From a virus (taxonomy: Duplodnaviria > Caudoviricetes), in IMG/VR virus record IMGVR_UViG_3300029288_005873, positions 96,001 through 160,000 of that record: a stretch of DNA of 64,000 bases; one strand, written 5' to 3'. Position 1 is the stretch's first letter, and each line of letters starts with the position of its first letter. Positions 8,890-18,213 of the stretch are shown in pieces. Below the pieces are notes generated by a model that was not told where the DNA came from, searched no databases, and saw only the letters and a program-made list of their open reading frames with translations. The translations under genes and the position numbers were made by a program.

Positions 8890-9945
8890 CTACAGCTGAA
8901 AACCAATCCCAGCTCCAACTAGAACTCCACCTCCACTATCAAGACCAACATATGGATACAACCACAGATTTGTGAGTAGAGGCAACGGATCCCCAACATT
9001 GAAAAGCGCAGGAGCAAATGACAAGTGACCAGTTCTACGTTCGGCATCATACCCTAAACCTACACGGAAAAAACGCCACAAACTGTCGACTTTAGTGTAC
9101 CCATATGACGAAAAAGACAGTCCAAGTTCCGCCCCGAACGAGAAAACTCCATCAGATCTACCAGGTCCAAAAGCGAATGAATGAATATTAGCTCCGGCAA
9201 ATAAACCAGCATCCAAGACGGGATTCCACCAGAACATACGCCTTTCTTGTGGTAGCTGTAGATATTCCGAAGATGTTAAGCTAATTCTATATTTGGATCC
9301 AGACTTTTCGGGAACCTCATAATCCAGAGTATGATAGAATGCAAACTGACCATTCTCTTGCTTACCTACGGCCGTAGAAAGGTGGAACTTCCTCTCGTAT
9401 ACACTGTATTTCCAAGGTTTTTCCTTAGATGCATCAAAAGACACAGATGCTAACGGAGCTGTATTAGCATCTGTGATCTCCTTGACTTGTGCGGCTTTCG
9501 TATATCCATGGACATCTACAAGTCGTCCGTCATCACATTCGACAATATCTGGGTTCTGTGGTCCCTCAGAAGTACTGGCTTCCAGTTCAGATACCTTTTT
9601 ACCTAGAGACCCTATGGTCTTACCTACGGCTACCAAGGATGCTTTTAGAGAATCAAGATCTCTTTGTAGGGCATCGCGATCCTCTTTTGTTAGCATATTC
9701 TTTAGTTTGGCATCCAAATCATCTTTTGTTGCCCATTTAGTACTTGCTCGAACCAAATTTTCCGTAAGTTGCTTAAATTCTGTAACCTCAGTTCGAAGCT
9801 TTGTATTCTCGTCCATGAGATTCTTTAGAATACCACCCACAGCGATGACGAGAAGAATGGATACAATGACACCAATTGCCAAAAGTGCTGTTCTAAATGT
9901 ACTTGGTGCTGGAAGATACACAACCTGCGACTTATTTTCGTCCAT
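8890..9945 (-). CDS. Membrane-anchored coiled-coil protein with beta-strand-rich C-terminus
   Basis: N-terminal TM helix (LLAIGVIVSILLVIAVGGIL), coiled coil, C-terminal amphipathic strands ending GIGFQL. Confidence 0.6.
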   Translation of the reverse strand: MDENKSQVVYLPAPSTFRTALLAIGVIVSILLVIAVGGILKNLMDENTKLRTEVTEFKQLTENLVRASTKWATKDDLDAKLKNMLTKEDRDALQRDLDSLKASLVAVGKTIGSLGKKVSELEASTSEGPQNPDIVECDDGRLVDVHGYTKAAQVKEITDANTAPLASVSFDASKEKPWKYSVYERKFHLSTAVGKQENGQFAFYHTLDYEVPEKSGSKYRISLTSSEYLQLPQERRMFWWNPVLDAGLFAGANIHSFAFGPGRSDGVFSFGAELGLSFSSYGYTKVDSLWRFFRVGLGYDAERRTGHLSFAPALFNVGDPLPLLTNLWLYPYVGLDSGGGVLVGAGIGFQL

Positions 9946-9966
9946 ATGTCAAACCTGTCTTACGCG

Positions 9967-11373
9967 CTATTCGGCGTCATCTGAGAAATATTGAGCAATA
10001 CATTCGTTCTGAGTCTTATCCGATAGACCTTTATAGACTGGGAATCTTAGAGCATAAGCTCCATCCTTTCCCTGTTGCCTGGAGTCAAACTCGACTTTGA
10101 CCGTTGCTCCAACCAGGACGCGACTAATCCAAAATTGGGAACGCTGTTCATCAGTAAACCCGCCGCCGCATTTTCCACAACCTATCCTCTTGCCTGTTTC
10201 AGGATGAATCTGTTCAAGATATAGACCACCCATCTTGCCCATGTTCCGTCCAGTCCCCTCATACATATCAACAACTATAAACTCTTCCTCCAGTTTGGGT
10301 TTTCGTTTCCATATACCATTTGGACGTTGAGCTTTACCGTCGAATGAATATGCCTTGTCTCCATATGTTGCTTTGGAGTCAAGCACAACAAACCCTTCCA
10401 CTCTCAGTTCACGCGCAGTATCCAAATCTGTATCTGGAGACACACTGAAAATCTTAAGTGGAGCCACATGATGGGTGCGCAACATTCGTTCGCGCTTTTT
10501 ACTTTCTGCCATAAGTTCTTTCTGATTTAGCCCAAGACCTGTTGCATTTACAGAAAGCTGTGGATCAAACCTGCTGAATATATTACGCAGAAGTTCTAAA
10601 CGTTTCCCCACTTCCATCCCAGTTATATTGTCTTGACCACCTGTAAAAGCGATATCAAACACATAATAGGATATCTTTCCAAGAACAGGTGATCCAACAT
10701 ATCCATTCGGGAATGGACCAAGACCTTGATATGCAAGAGCTAAGTCAGTATCGCTGCGGCAAATTCTACTTGTCCCTTTGAAGTCATCACGCCCATCCAT
10801 CTTCAGTAGCGTCATTTCACCAAGTAGAATTGTATTGTCATCCAGTCCAAGTCTGTCGAGGGATTCAATAATGTGTGGAAATCTACTAGTGGCAACATCC
10901 ATACGCCTAGAATAGATCTCCCACTTTCCACCACTGCGGACAGCCACATGCATCATCCCATCACGCTTTAGTGTCCAAATCGCGCGTCCTGCCGAATGGA
11001 GTTTTGCCAACTTCTTTTCGTCAATTTCAGTCTGGGGCTTGAAAAACGAAAGATTCTTCGGCAACGGTTTCGTAAAGTTGATGGAAACGGCAACCTCAGA
11101 GATAGGCTTGCCGTTAATCCATTCAACATAACCGTGCTCTTTCTTTTTGCGTATGTCGCGATCCATACAGAAGATAGCGTATTTTCTCGCATCCTGAAAG
11201 TCGGCGTTTCCTTCGGTTCCGCACGGTCCAGGACGGTCCCTTGTCTCCTGTAGAGCTCCTCCAAGCAACCCCCATTTTGTTACAACTACTTCAGGATCGT
11301 CCTGGTCAATACCTATAAACCAGATATTAGCGCGGGCATTCCGACCTGTCTCCTTGTGGAATTCGCGAAACAT
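9967..11373 (-). CDS. ATP-dependent DNA ligase with N-terminal WGR-like domain
   Basis: TLKRDG (motif I), LLGEM, YVFDI, EGFVV, WKRKP, OB-fold EGTGRNMGKMG...LRFPVY. Confidence 0.9.
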   Translation of the reverse strand: MFREFHKETGRNARANIWFIGIDQDDPEVVVTKWGLLGGALQETRDRPGPCGTEGNADFQDARKYAIFCMDRDIRKKKEHGYVEWINGKPISEVAVSINFTKPLPKNLSFFKPQTEIDEKKLAKLHSAGRAIWTLKRDGMMHVAVRSGGKWEIYSRRMDVATSRFPHIIESLDRLGLDDNTILLGEMTLLKMDGRDDFKGTSRICRSDTDLALAYQGLGPFPNGYVGSPVLGKISYYVFDIAFTGGQDNITGMEVGKRLELLRNIFSRFDPQLSVNATGLGLNQKELMAESKKRERMLRTHHVAPLKIFSVSPDTDLDTARELRVEGFVVLDSKATYGDKAYSFDGKAQRPNGIWKRKPKLEEEFIVVDMYEGTGRNMGKMGGLYLEQIHPETGKRIGCGKCGGGFTDEQRSQFWISRVLVGATVKVEFDSRQQGKDGAYALRFPVYKGLSDKTQNECIAQYFSDDAE

Positions 11374-11384
11374 GTAGCCTCCAG

Positions 11385-11831
11385 CTATTCGGCGCCGTCC
11401 TGCGGAGCCTGATTGGTTGTATTTTCCTGTTTTGGCATAGGCTCTGACGTCTTTCTTTCCTTGCCACCCTTCCAGTTACCCGTGCGCCTCGACTTACCTT
11501 TCGATTTACGCATCCTCTTCAGGGCCTCACGATGCTTACGACGCTTCTTCTCAGACGGCTTTTCGGCATGCTTTCGCCTCCTAAGCTCGGCCATAATACC
11601 ATCTCTAGCGATTTTTGTCTTCAGGACCTTTAGCGCTTGATTGACATCATTGTTGTATACTTCAACTTCGAGCGGTCCAACATTTGGAGCCTTCTGTTCA
11701 GGAAGGGGCTCTTTCTTGCGACTGTCCCTATTATCGTTGTCGCGTCTTTGATTCTTGTTCCACCCTCTATGGTCAGAACGGTGCTGTTCATCCTGCTTCT
11801 TCCACGCCGGCTGAGGCTTTTTCTCGTCCAT
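11385..11831 (-). CDS. rpsU: Ribosomal protein bS21 homolog with N- and C-terminal extensions
   Basis: VEVYNNDVNQALKVLKTKIARDGIMAELRRRKHAEKPSEKKRRK; AAGGAG before ATG at 11831. Confidence 0.85.
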   Translation of the reverse strand: MDEKKPQPAWKKQDEQHRSDHRGWNKNQRRDNDNRDSRKKEPLPEQKAPNVGPLEVEVYNNDVNQALKVLKTKIARDGIMAELRRRKHAEKPSEKKRRKHREALKRMRKSKGKSRRTGNWKGGKERKTSEPMPKQENTTNQAPQDGAE

Positions 11832-11859
11832 TTTTTCTATTCTCCTTGTGTTCATTCGC

Positions 11860-12969
11860 CTAGATAATCTCAAGTTCTAATGGATCAAACCATCCATATG
11901 ATCCATCCAGATATATAACCATATAACAAAGTCCATGTGAATCAGATCTATCGGACACGATACCTTCTACACCCCATTTCCTGACCAATCTACCCTCATC
12001 AGTCCAGTCAGATAGACCAGAATCGTTGGTCGTTCGCACCTTGGTCCCAAACTGTATTTTCTCGCTAAGAGGCCAAAAGCATTCACGTCCATTTGGTAGC
12101 TTTATACATCTGCTTATCTGCTTTACCAAAATCGATTCCAAATGCTCCCACATCAAATCGTTCTCTCCAGGCACATACAAGTTCTGCTTAAACTTCTTCC
12201 ATTCGCGCCGGTACATGTCTAGAATATCGTGATTAAACTGTAACGCATGGATAACATTTGCTATTCTGTCAGCCAACTTGAGTATCGTAGCATCAGGATG
12301 GGAGCGTATTTTAGGGTACGTCTTCGCAAATCTCTCCGCCCTATTTTTTCCTGATTCGTTAGTCACCGCGAATACTAAATCAGCGACTTCTTTTCCGAAC
12401 CCATTGCGCAGGTCACCATAAGTCATGTCGGTATCCTCCAAAGTATCATGGAGGATTGCACCAAGAATTAGCCTTTGGCTTCTCTCCCGTTTTTCCTTGT
12501 TAGGATCACTTTCCGAAAAACCGAATTTCGTCAATACATCCCATGTTCCAAAAAGGTGATGCGTATACGGAAATTTACCATACCGTTGTCCCATATGTGC
12601 TTTTTCTGCTGTGCTTTTTGCTTTTTCAAGTAGTTCTGGAAAACCACCAAGTCTTCTTTTGCTCATTACAGAATAGACAGCATGTATGGCGGCAAGCCCA
12701 AGAAAAAATCCAGCAAGGTCGCTGATTGGGTCACCGACGACTTTGTTTATCATATCTTCGCGCCCAACGAATGGGAAGTTTGCTATATTATCAGCTATCC
12801 ACCACTCTGCTACTTCCCAGATAGCTGCCAGACACAAAACCCATACCCATAGGTGCTTAAATCGTAGAGCTGCAAGCGCTACCGTGATGGCAAAAAACCA
12901 TACAACATGCTGTAAAGAATACGGATCAAACATCGCATGCCCGCCAAACCTGCCGAAAATCAAATCCAT
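11860..12969 (-). CDS. Membrane-anchored HD-domain hydrolase (RelA/SpoT/Mesh1-like small alarmone hydrolase) with extra C-terminal domain
   Basis: Hydrophobic N-terminus; AHMGQRY..PYTHHL, ILHDTLEDT, VTNE, LKLADRIANV. Confidence 0.85.
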   Translation of the reverse strand: MDLIFGRFGGHAMFDPYSLQHVVWFFAITVALAALRFKHLWVWVLCLAAIWEVAEWWIADNIANFPFVGREDMINKVVGDPISDLAGFFLGLAAIHAVYSVMSKRRLGGFPELLEKAKSTAEKAHMGQRYGKFPYTHHLFGTWDVLTKFGFSESDPNKEKRERSQRLILGAILHDTLEDTDMTYGDLRNGFGKEVADLVFAVTNESGKNRAERFAKTYPKIRSHPDATILKLADRIANVIHALQFNHDILDMYRREWKKFKQNLYVPGENDLMWEHLESILVKQISRCIKLPNGRECFWPLSEKIQFGTKVRTTNDSGLSDWTDEGRLVRKWGVEGIVSDRSDSHGLCYMVIYLDGSYGWFDPLELEII

Positions 12970-14316
12970 TTACTTCTCCATGCCGCGCCTGGCGGAAACA
13001 AACATCCTTGTCAAACTATCATGTGCCATAACTGGAACGCCAACGCTCGGTTCTGCTATGGATGAAAGGTCATATCCAATTGGAAGATCGGACAAGGACG
13101 ACAGAATAGCATTACAGTATCTCCTTGATACATCAAGCGGCATTTCAGATTCGTCCTCGATTTTTCCATTTGCTATATGTCTGTCCATAAGTGGCGTTAG
13201 TAGTTCAGAACTTTCTATCTCACCGTCCAAAGCAACAAGGTGTATCCAGCCACTTCCCCTTTGGTCTAGGAATACCTGTTTTCGTCCAGGCATGGTTGCT
13301 TTACCACCACCAGAAGTTTTCATAAGCGGACGCTTATCATCTTCATCATATACAGCCTTGTATACTATTCCAAGCGACGGAGCATCATCTGGAGAAACAA
13401 GTTTTGTTCCTATACCAAAACTGTCAATTGGTGACCCTGACGCAATAAGATTTGCGACAGAGTATTCATCTAGATCACCAGAGACCATAATCTTCGCTTT
13501 AGACCCCGATTCATCAAGGATATGTCTGACAAATTTGGAATCCATTCCCAAATCCCCAGAATCGATGCGTACAGCTACGGCATTCTTTATTTTTGCTGCT
13601 AAGCTAGCACCGCGCATGGTGTCATACGTATCGATTAGGAATGATGGATTGTTCCATATTTTCGACCACTTGTCAAAAGATTCCTGTTCTGTTTTATGTA
13701 CCATCGTCCACATGTGAGCAACGGTTCCCATTACAGGTATACCAAACAGCATTCCAGCGCGCATGTTTGAGGTTCCAGAGAATCCAGCAAGATATGCTGC
13801 TCGTGCAGAACGTACAGCTGCCTCGTGATGTGTTCTCCGTGTTCCAAATTCAACAACAGGCTTACCCTTAGCCGCAAGCACAATCCTGGCAGCCTTAGAA
13901 GCGACACGCATATCATGATTTAGGATAGAGAGAATTATCGTTTCAGCAAGTTGTGCCTGTGGAAGAGGAGCTGTTATCCTGACAAGAGGTTCACCTGGAA
14001 ACACAACCTCACCCTCAGCCATAGCCCACATATCCCCAGTAAATCGGAACTCAGATAGCCATTCCTCAAAAGCGGGGGTCATGACATCACGCAACGCAGG
14101 AATGGACTTGAGAAATTCTATATCCTCTCCAGCAAAGGACAATTTTTCCAAAGTGTTGCGGATCTCTTCTGTGCCAGCCATAACAAAGAAGCGCCATTTT
14201 TTAGGAAGCTTGCGGGCAAATGCTTCACATGTCACAGTTTTGTTAACCATTCCACCATGGAAATATCCCGCCATCATGGCTATCTGGTACAGGTCGGTTT
14301 TTAAGGAATACATCAA
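12970..14316 (-). CDS. pncB: Nicotinate phosphoribosyltransferase
   Basis: TDLYQIAM, EFGTRRTH, GTSN, GTVAH, LIDTYDT, VRIDSGD, SGDLDE, FGIGTKL, LGIVYK. Confidence 0.92.
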   Translation of the reverse strand: MMYSLKTDLYQIAMMAGYFHGGMVNKTVTCEAFARKLPKKWRFFVMAGTEEIRNTLEKLSFAGEDIEFLKSIPALRDVMTPAFEEWLSEFRFTGDMWAMAEGEVVFPGEPLVRITAPLPQAQLAETIILSILNHDMRVASKAARIVLAAKGKPVVEFGTRRTHHEAAVRSARAAYLAGFSGTSNMRAGMLFGIPVMGTVAHMWTMVHKTEQESFDKWSKIWNNPSFLIDTYDTMRGASLAAKIKNAVAVRIDSGDLGMDSKFVRHILDESGSKAKIMVSGDLDEYSVANLIASGSPIDSFGIGTKLVSPDDAPSLGIVYKAVYDEDDKRPLMKTSGGGKATMPGRKQVFLDQRGSGWIHLVALDGEIESSELLTPLMDRHIANGKIEDESEMPLDVSRRYCNAILSSLSDLPIGYDLSSIAEPSVGVPVMAHDSLTRMFVSARRGMEK

Positions 14317-14777
14317 TACTGCTCCGGTTTTACAAATCCACGAAGTGGGATCCGTGTTTCGACATGGTCATTTTCAGAAATCATCGTAGACTCAAGACAC
14401 GCATGGCATTCCAGGCAAGCTCCTCCTAGGCGATATTTATTTCCATCCACCCAGTTATCAGCCCCACATGCGAAACACTTAATCATAATCCATTTTTTAC
14501 ACCACTGCCTATATAGATTTTTAGCAAGCTCGTCGGCTTTGGCAACAGTTTCGTCTCGAAAGTCGCTGATCTCTCCAAAACCGCTTACAGAATATCCTAT
14601 TAGTTGGTAGAACTGTTCCATATCATCCAATGAGAAGTTTTTGGAATGAAGCATGATCCAAAGTTTGTTTAGGTCATGTCCGCCATTGTCAAGGAGAAAA
14701 CGAACCACCTTATTTTCCTGAAATCTGATAGTACCAGATTTATCCACGACAAGAGGCTGCATGGGATAACTAGACAT
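14313..14777 (-). CDS. Hypothetical phage protein with C-terminal CxxC zinc ribbon
   Basis: Likely start MSSYPMQP overlapping the upstream stop; RFQENKVV..QFYQLIGYSVSGF. Confidence 0.55.
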   Translation of the reverse strand: MSSYPMQPLVVDKSGTIRFQENKVVRFLLDNGGHDLNKLWIMLHSKNFSLDDMEQFYQLIGYSVSGFGEISDFRDETVAKADELAKNLYRQWCKKWIMIKCFACGADNWVDGNKYRLGGACLECHACLESTMISENDHVETRIPLRGFVKPEQY

Positions 14778-15114
14778 CGATATGCTCCGCTTCATCCCTA
14801 TCATCGAATTGTAGTCCAAGCTCTTCTCGGGAACGCAAAACAGACTGTAGCATAACAAGATAGTTTCTTTTGCGAATTGTATATTCGCTGTCGCTACGAA
14901 TTCTACGGACCCTATACGTCCCTTCATCGGGGATTTCAGAGGCATTTCTGCGTCTCATGGACCGAATAGTTTCCAACTCTTCAGTCCTCTTTGCTGGTGT
15001 AATATCTTTTACAGTCGGAGTAATCCTTCCAATCTCGATGAGATGCTTGCGAATCTCCACACATTCATCATCCGAGGCAAAGGGTAACCCCTGAGTCTTA
15101 TTTTCACTATCCAT
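14770..15114 (-). CDS. Hypothetical protein
   Basis: AAGGAG RBS before ATG at 15114. Confidence 0.5.
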   Translation of the reverse strand: MDSENKTQGLPFASDDECVEIRKHLIEIGRITPTVKDITPAKRTEELETIRSMRRRNASEIPDEGTYRVRRIRSDSEYTIRKRNYLVMLQSVLRSREELGLQFDDRDEAEHIDV

Positions 15115-15128
15115 CTGATCACTCCTTG

Positions 15129-15959
15129 TCAAATCTCCGTAGTTTCCCATGAGCGCAACCTTTCCTTGTTTACTTTTGCTAGATTTTCTGGCGTATTCAA
15201 TATGGTCCTGAATGAATTATCCACGGAGAAAACAACCCCATGGCTCATAAGCGGCTTACCTCTTAATACGCACTGTACAAAGTTAAGAGCTATAGAGGCA
15301 GCTGTTATATTTGCCATCATATTTTGAGGAGCTGACTGGGCAAGTTCGGCACAACTTAATTGTGAATTGAATTTTCCATCCGAAGAAAGAAGACCTGGAT
15401 ATATTTCTGTGACCATTGGAAGACTAAAACTGTTACTACGTGAAGAACCATAGATGTGTCGGTTTGGAGAAAAGCCACAAACTACCTGACCAGAACTCTC
15501 CTCATTTCCGCAATCTACCCAAAATTTTTCACGAGAACGCGAATTAAGCATCCATTCATGAACAATTTTTCTAGATGCATTATTATCTACGCATCCTATA
15601 ACCATGTCTATATCAGTTTTTCGTATTGAATCTTCATCCTCCAGATAGGACGGTATCACATCTATCTGGAGTCCAAACGCCGAAGAGTACCTTCTAGCAA
15701 GTGCTTCCGCCTTATTTGTATCGAGGTCCCTTTGTACAAAATGCTGGCGCTCTAGATTCTTTCGTTCTACTTTATCTCCATCGGCTAACACTAGAGAAAT
15801 TGAATCATATGATGAGCGTTCGCTATTAAGCGACATGATTAATCTGGCTAGATGCCCAGCTACATATGCTCCAGTTCCTCCACACCCAAGAACAAGGATT
15901 CTCCGTGAAGGGGAGAATCCGCTCATTTTTCTAATATCAGGAAGGGTTATCGTTTCCAT
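15129..15959 (-). CDS. E1-like ThiF-family adenylyltransferase (PRTRC ThiF type)
   Basis: LGCGGTG, DGDKVERKNLERQ, NKAEAL, IGCVDN, WVDCGNE..GQV, SCAE catalytic-Cys motif. Confidence 0.92.
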   Translation of the reverse strand: METITLPDIRKMSGFSPSRRILVLGCGGTGAYVAGHLARLIMSLNSERSSYDSISLVLADGDKVERKNLERQHFVQRDLDTNKAEALARRYSSAFGLQIDVIPSYLEDEDSIRKTDIDMVIGCVDNNASRKIVHEWMLNSRSREKFWVDCGNEESSGQVVCGFSPNRHIYGSSRSNSFSLPMVTEIYPGLLSSDGKFNSQLSCAELAQSAPQNMMANITAASIALNFVQCVLRGKPLMSHGVVFSVDNSFRTILNTPENLAKVNKERLRSWETTEI

Positions 15960-16732
15960 GTCCTAATCCACGGGTAAGGTTCACCTTCATCATCCACGTC
16001 ATCTTCATACTCTTCCTCCTCCCCTTTGTCCATTTCCCTTTCCAATAGAAGTTCATGGATTTTTGCCGTTGGATCAGACTTGCTAACTCTGTCCATCCAA
16101 TCTTTTGGGAACTTGGCGCAAAGCATGGGGTCATCTTTTGTGTTAAAAATCTCATGGATTCCAACAGTAATGTGCTCTCCCCCCATAGATAGTCTAAAAC
16201 ATGTCTCAGGAAAAAGCTGCTCAACTTTCCCAACGATGCCATAGAAACGATCGGCAATCTCATCCCTATCATCTGTTTGAGAAAATGTGGCAGAAAACAA
16301 ACCATGACTATGGATTTCCATAACAATTACAGAGTCTTCAAAGGTTTGCGACCTATCAAAATGACAATGCGCGGCACATACCTCTTGCTGCGGGCAGTCA
16401 AGAAAATATTTCTTACGCCGACGATCATAGATAGCACGCACAGCAGCTTCACTTCTATGAAGTGAAAATACCTCACGGAAAAATGCAACTGCTTGCCACA
16501 AAAGGGACAGAGGCATTTTTGGGACAGCTAAGTCAAAACCTTCAGAAAGTCCGCAAGGCAAACCGGGAACCTTTACGTCAGTCATGCGCCGTCTAAATAT
16601 ACCTATTGAGTTTCTACGTATTTCCCAAAGACCATCCCCACACATAACAAACACAACAGGCTTGTCGCATTTCTGTGGAATCTCCCCTATAAAATGACCA
16701 ACAAGCATACTGTTCCCAAATGTATTACTCAT
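15947..16732 (-). CDS. JAB/MPN metalloprotease (PRTRC protein A type, Ubl-processing)
   Basis: SEAAV...EIHSH..FSQTDDRDE JAMM motif; acidic tail. Confidence 0.9.
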   Translation of the reverse strand: MSNTFGNSMLVGHFIGEIPQKCDKPVVFVMCGDGLWEIRRNSIGIFRRRMTDVKVPGLPCGLSEGFDLAVPKMPLSLLWQAVAFFREVFSLHRSEAAVRAIYDRRRKKYFLDCPQQEVCAAHCHFDRSQTFEDSVIVMEIHSHGLFSATFSQTDDRDEIADRFYGIVGKVEQLFPETCFRLSMGGEHITVGIHEIFNTKDDPMLCAKFPKDWMDRVSKSDPTAKIHELLLEREMDKGEEEEYEDDVDDEGEPYPWIRTWKR

Positions 16733-17397
16733 CTATTGCTCCTGGACATTGCCTCACTAAGCGTTTTTGACTTTTTCAAAATACTATCTGGAAAGTATTC
16801 TTTTCCAGATAGGTGGTCTAGCAATGTGCGAAAATTGACAACGCCAGCTGGCGCATTAAACAAACCTCTCTCTACCATGTGCCCACTAAATGCTGACGAA
16901 AAGAATCTTCCAACAACTCCATCTAGAATTATTGGATCTGTTATACTTGGAAAAACGTAATTATTCCCCCAGCATATTGGTCCATCATCATATACATTAC
17001 CTAAAGGAAATGCATATAGCCTATCATCCATGCGCCCCAATGGAGGAATACACGCAAACAGTAGAGAATCTAATACTTTTGTATCATTTACTGAGAACAC
17101 AAAAAGTGTTTCTGGAAATGGTATTGTCTTCTCACAAAGAATATCATCGAGGCGAGCTTGAATTGTCCTAACTTTTGATGGAACCTGTATACCAATCTTG
17201 TATGAATTCTTGGTCCCAGAATAGAATTTTGTCCCAGCTGGAAGGATTCCCGTTGTCATCTCCACTTCTTTAGCCAACCTAAAAATCAAGTCGTCTACCG
17301 AAACAGTTTTTGTAGACACCTTACCATCTGCCCCTTTGAGTCTAACTACTGCTCCGCTATATTCCTCATCTATTTCAATAGCCATAGATGCTTTCAT
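16729..17397 (-). CDS. Prokaryotic E2 family D conjugating-enzyme-like protein (PRTRC protein B type)
   Basis: IPFPETLF, LYAFPLGNVYDDGPICWGN, FFSSAFS. Confidence 0.85.
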   Translation of the reverse strand: MKASMAIEIDEEYSGAVVRLKGADGKVSTKTVSVDDLIFRLAKEVEMTTGILPAGTKFYSGTKNSYKIGIQVPSKVRTIQARLDDILCEKTIPFPETLFVFSVNDTKVLDSLLFACIPPLGRMDDRLYAFPLGNVYDDGPICWGNNYVFPSITDPIILDGVVGRFFSSAFSGHMVERGLFNAPAGVVNFRTLLDHLSGKEYFPDSILKKSKTLSEAMSRSNR

Positions 17398-17957
17398 ATT
17401 CTTCCTTCCCTCCTAGCTACCTCAAATAGGGCGTCTATTTCCTCCTGCGCACGATTTGGAACAACAACCTTAGGGACATCAGTCGCCGTAAGAACTGTAT
17501 CAAATCGCTTTTTCCATGACAGAACAGCATTTACAGCAGCACAGTGTTTTCCAATACCAAACTCTTTAAGGGATGGGCGGTAGTAAAAATCTCCACGACC
17601 TATGCGAACAACTAAAACTCCCCTGAGATCGAGAAAATTCTTTTCTGTTTCATCCGCCTGTATTGCTGTTCTAACTACATCAGATATTTTGTTACAAATC
17701 TTAGGTGAGAAACAAACTACAAACTCCTCGCGGCGCGCTGTCTTTTTCACTACGAAATCTGATTTAGGAAAAACATTTGTCAAAAACGACCTAAACAATC
17801 TTGATATTGTTGCTTCTCTTTGTTTAGGTGTTCCTGTTTCTATAGCCATAGGGGCAATTCGTTTCGTGCGCTTCAACAACTTCAAATCGTTAATTAGGAG
17901 GTTGTGTAGAAGAAAAAACTCTATCTGTTGGTGTGTTCGCAAATCATTAAAATCCAT
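17394..17957 (-). CDS. Hypothetical protein within the Ubl operon
   Basis: ATGA overlap with the E2 gene. Confidence 0.6.
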   Translation of the reverse strand: MDFNDLRTHQQIEFFLLHNLLINDLKLLKRTKRIAPMAIETGTPKQREATISRLFRSFLTNVFPKSDFVVKKTARREEFVVCFSPKICNKISDVVRTAIQADETEKNFLDLRGVLVVRIGRGDFYYRPSLKEFGIGKHCAAVNAVLSWKKRFDTVLTATDVPKVVVPNRAQEEIDALFEVARREGRI

Positions 17958-17964
17958 TAGACAC

Positions 17965-18213
17965 TCATATAAAGTCTGTATCAGAAACTACAGGCTTAAG
18001 ATAACGCAGAATATCATATATACCTACCTGACGTTCTGCGTCGCTAATCGCCAAAAACATGTGTTCCTGAATGCGGAGGATCTCTTCAACAGGAATATCA
18101 GCAAAGTGTGAAGTATTAGCTGCGCCCATCAGCTTGTTCAAAATCTCAAGCTGATGGGCATTAAGCTCATTATTCCACTGCTTTATCTCGTCAAAAACCC
18201 TAACAACATCCAT
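17965..18213 (-). CDS. Small hypothetical protein within the Ubl operon
   Basis: TAATG overlap with the Ubl gene. Confidence 0.6.
   Translation of the reverse strand: MDVVRVFDEIKQWNNELNAHQLEILNKLMGAANTSHFADIPVEEILRIQEHMFLAISDAERQVGIYDILRYLKPVVSDTDFI

Noticed and set aside
12686-13717. 343-aa plus-strand ORF, and other long plus-strand ORFs (e.g. 46213..46998, 54271..54864)
   Set aside because: They lie antisense to well-supported minus-strand genes and have no recognisable motifs; treated as shadow ORFs.
12970-14316. NAMPT/NadV (NARP2) or Namat (NARP1) assignment
   Set aside because: Motifs match nicotinate PRTase (TDLYQ, EFGTRR, GTxAH, RIDSG), and no adjacent Nmnat or Adps gene is present.
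15129-15959. ThiF/MoeB for thiamine or molybdopterin synthesis
   Set aside because: No thi/moa genes nearby; it lacks the paired CxxC zinc motifs and sits with E2, JAB and Ubl genes.
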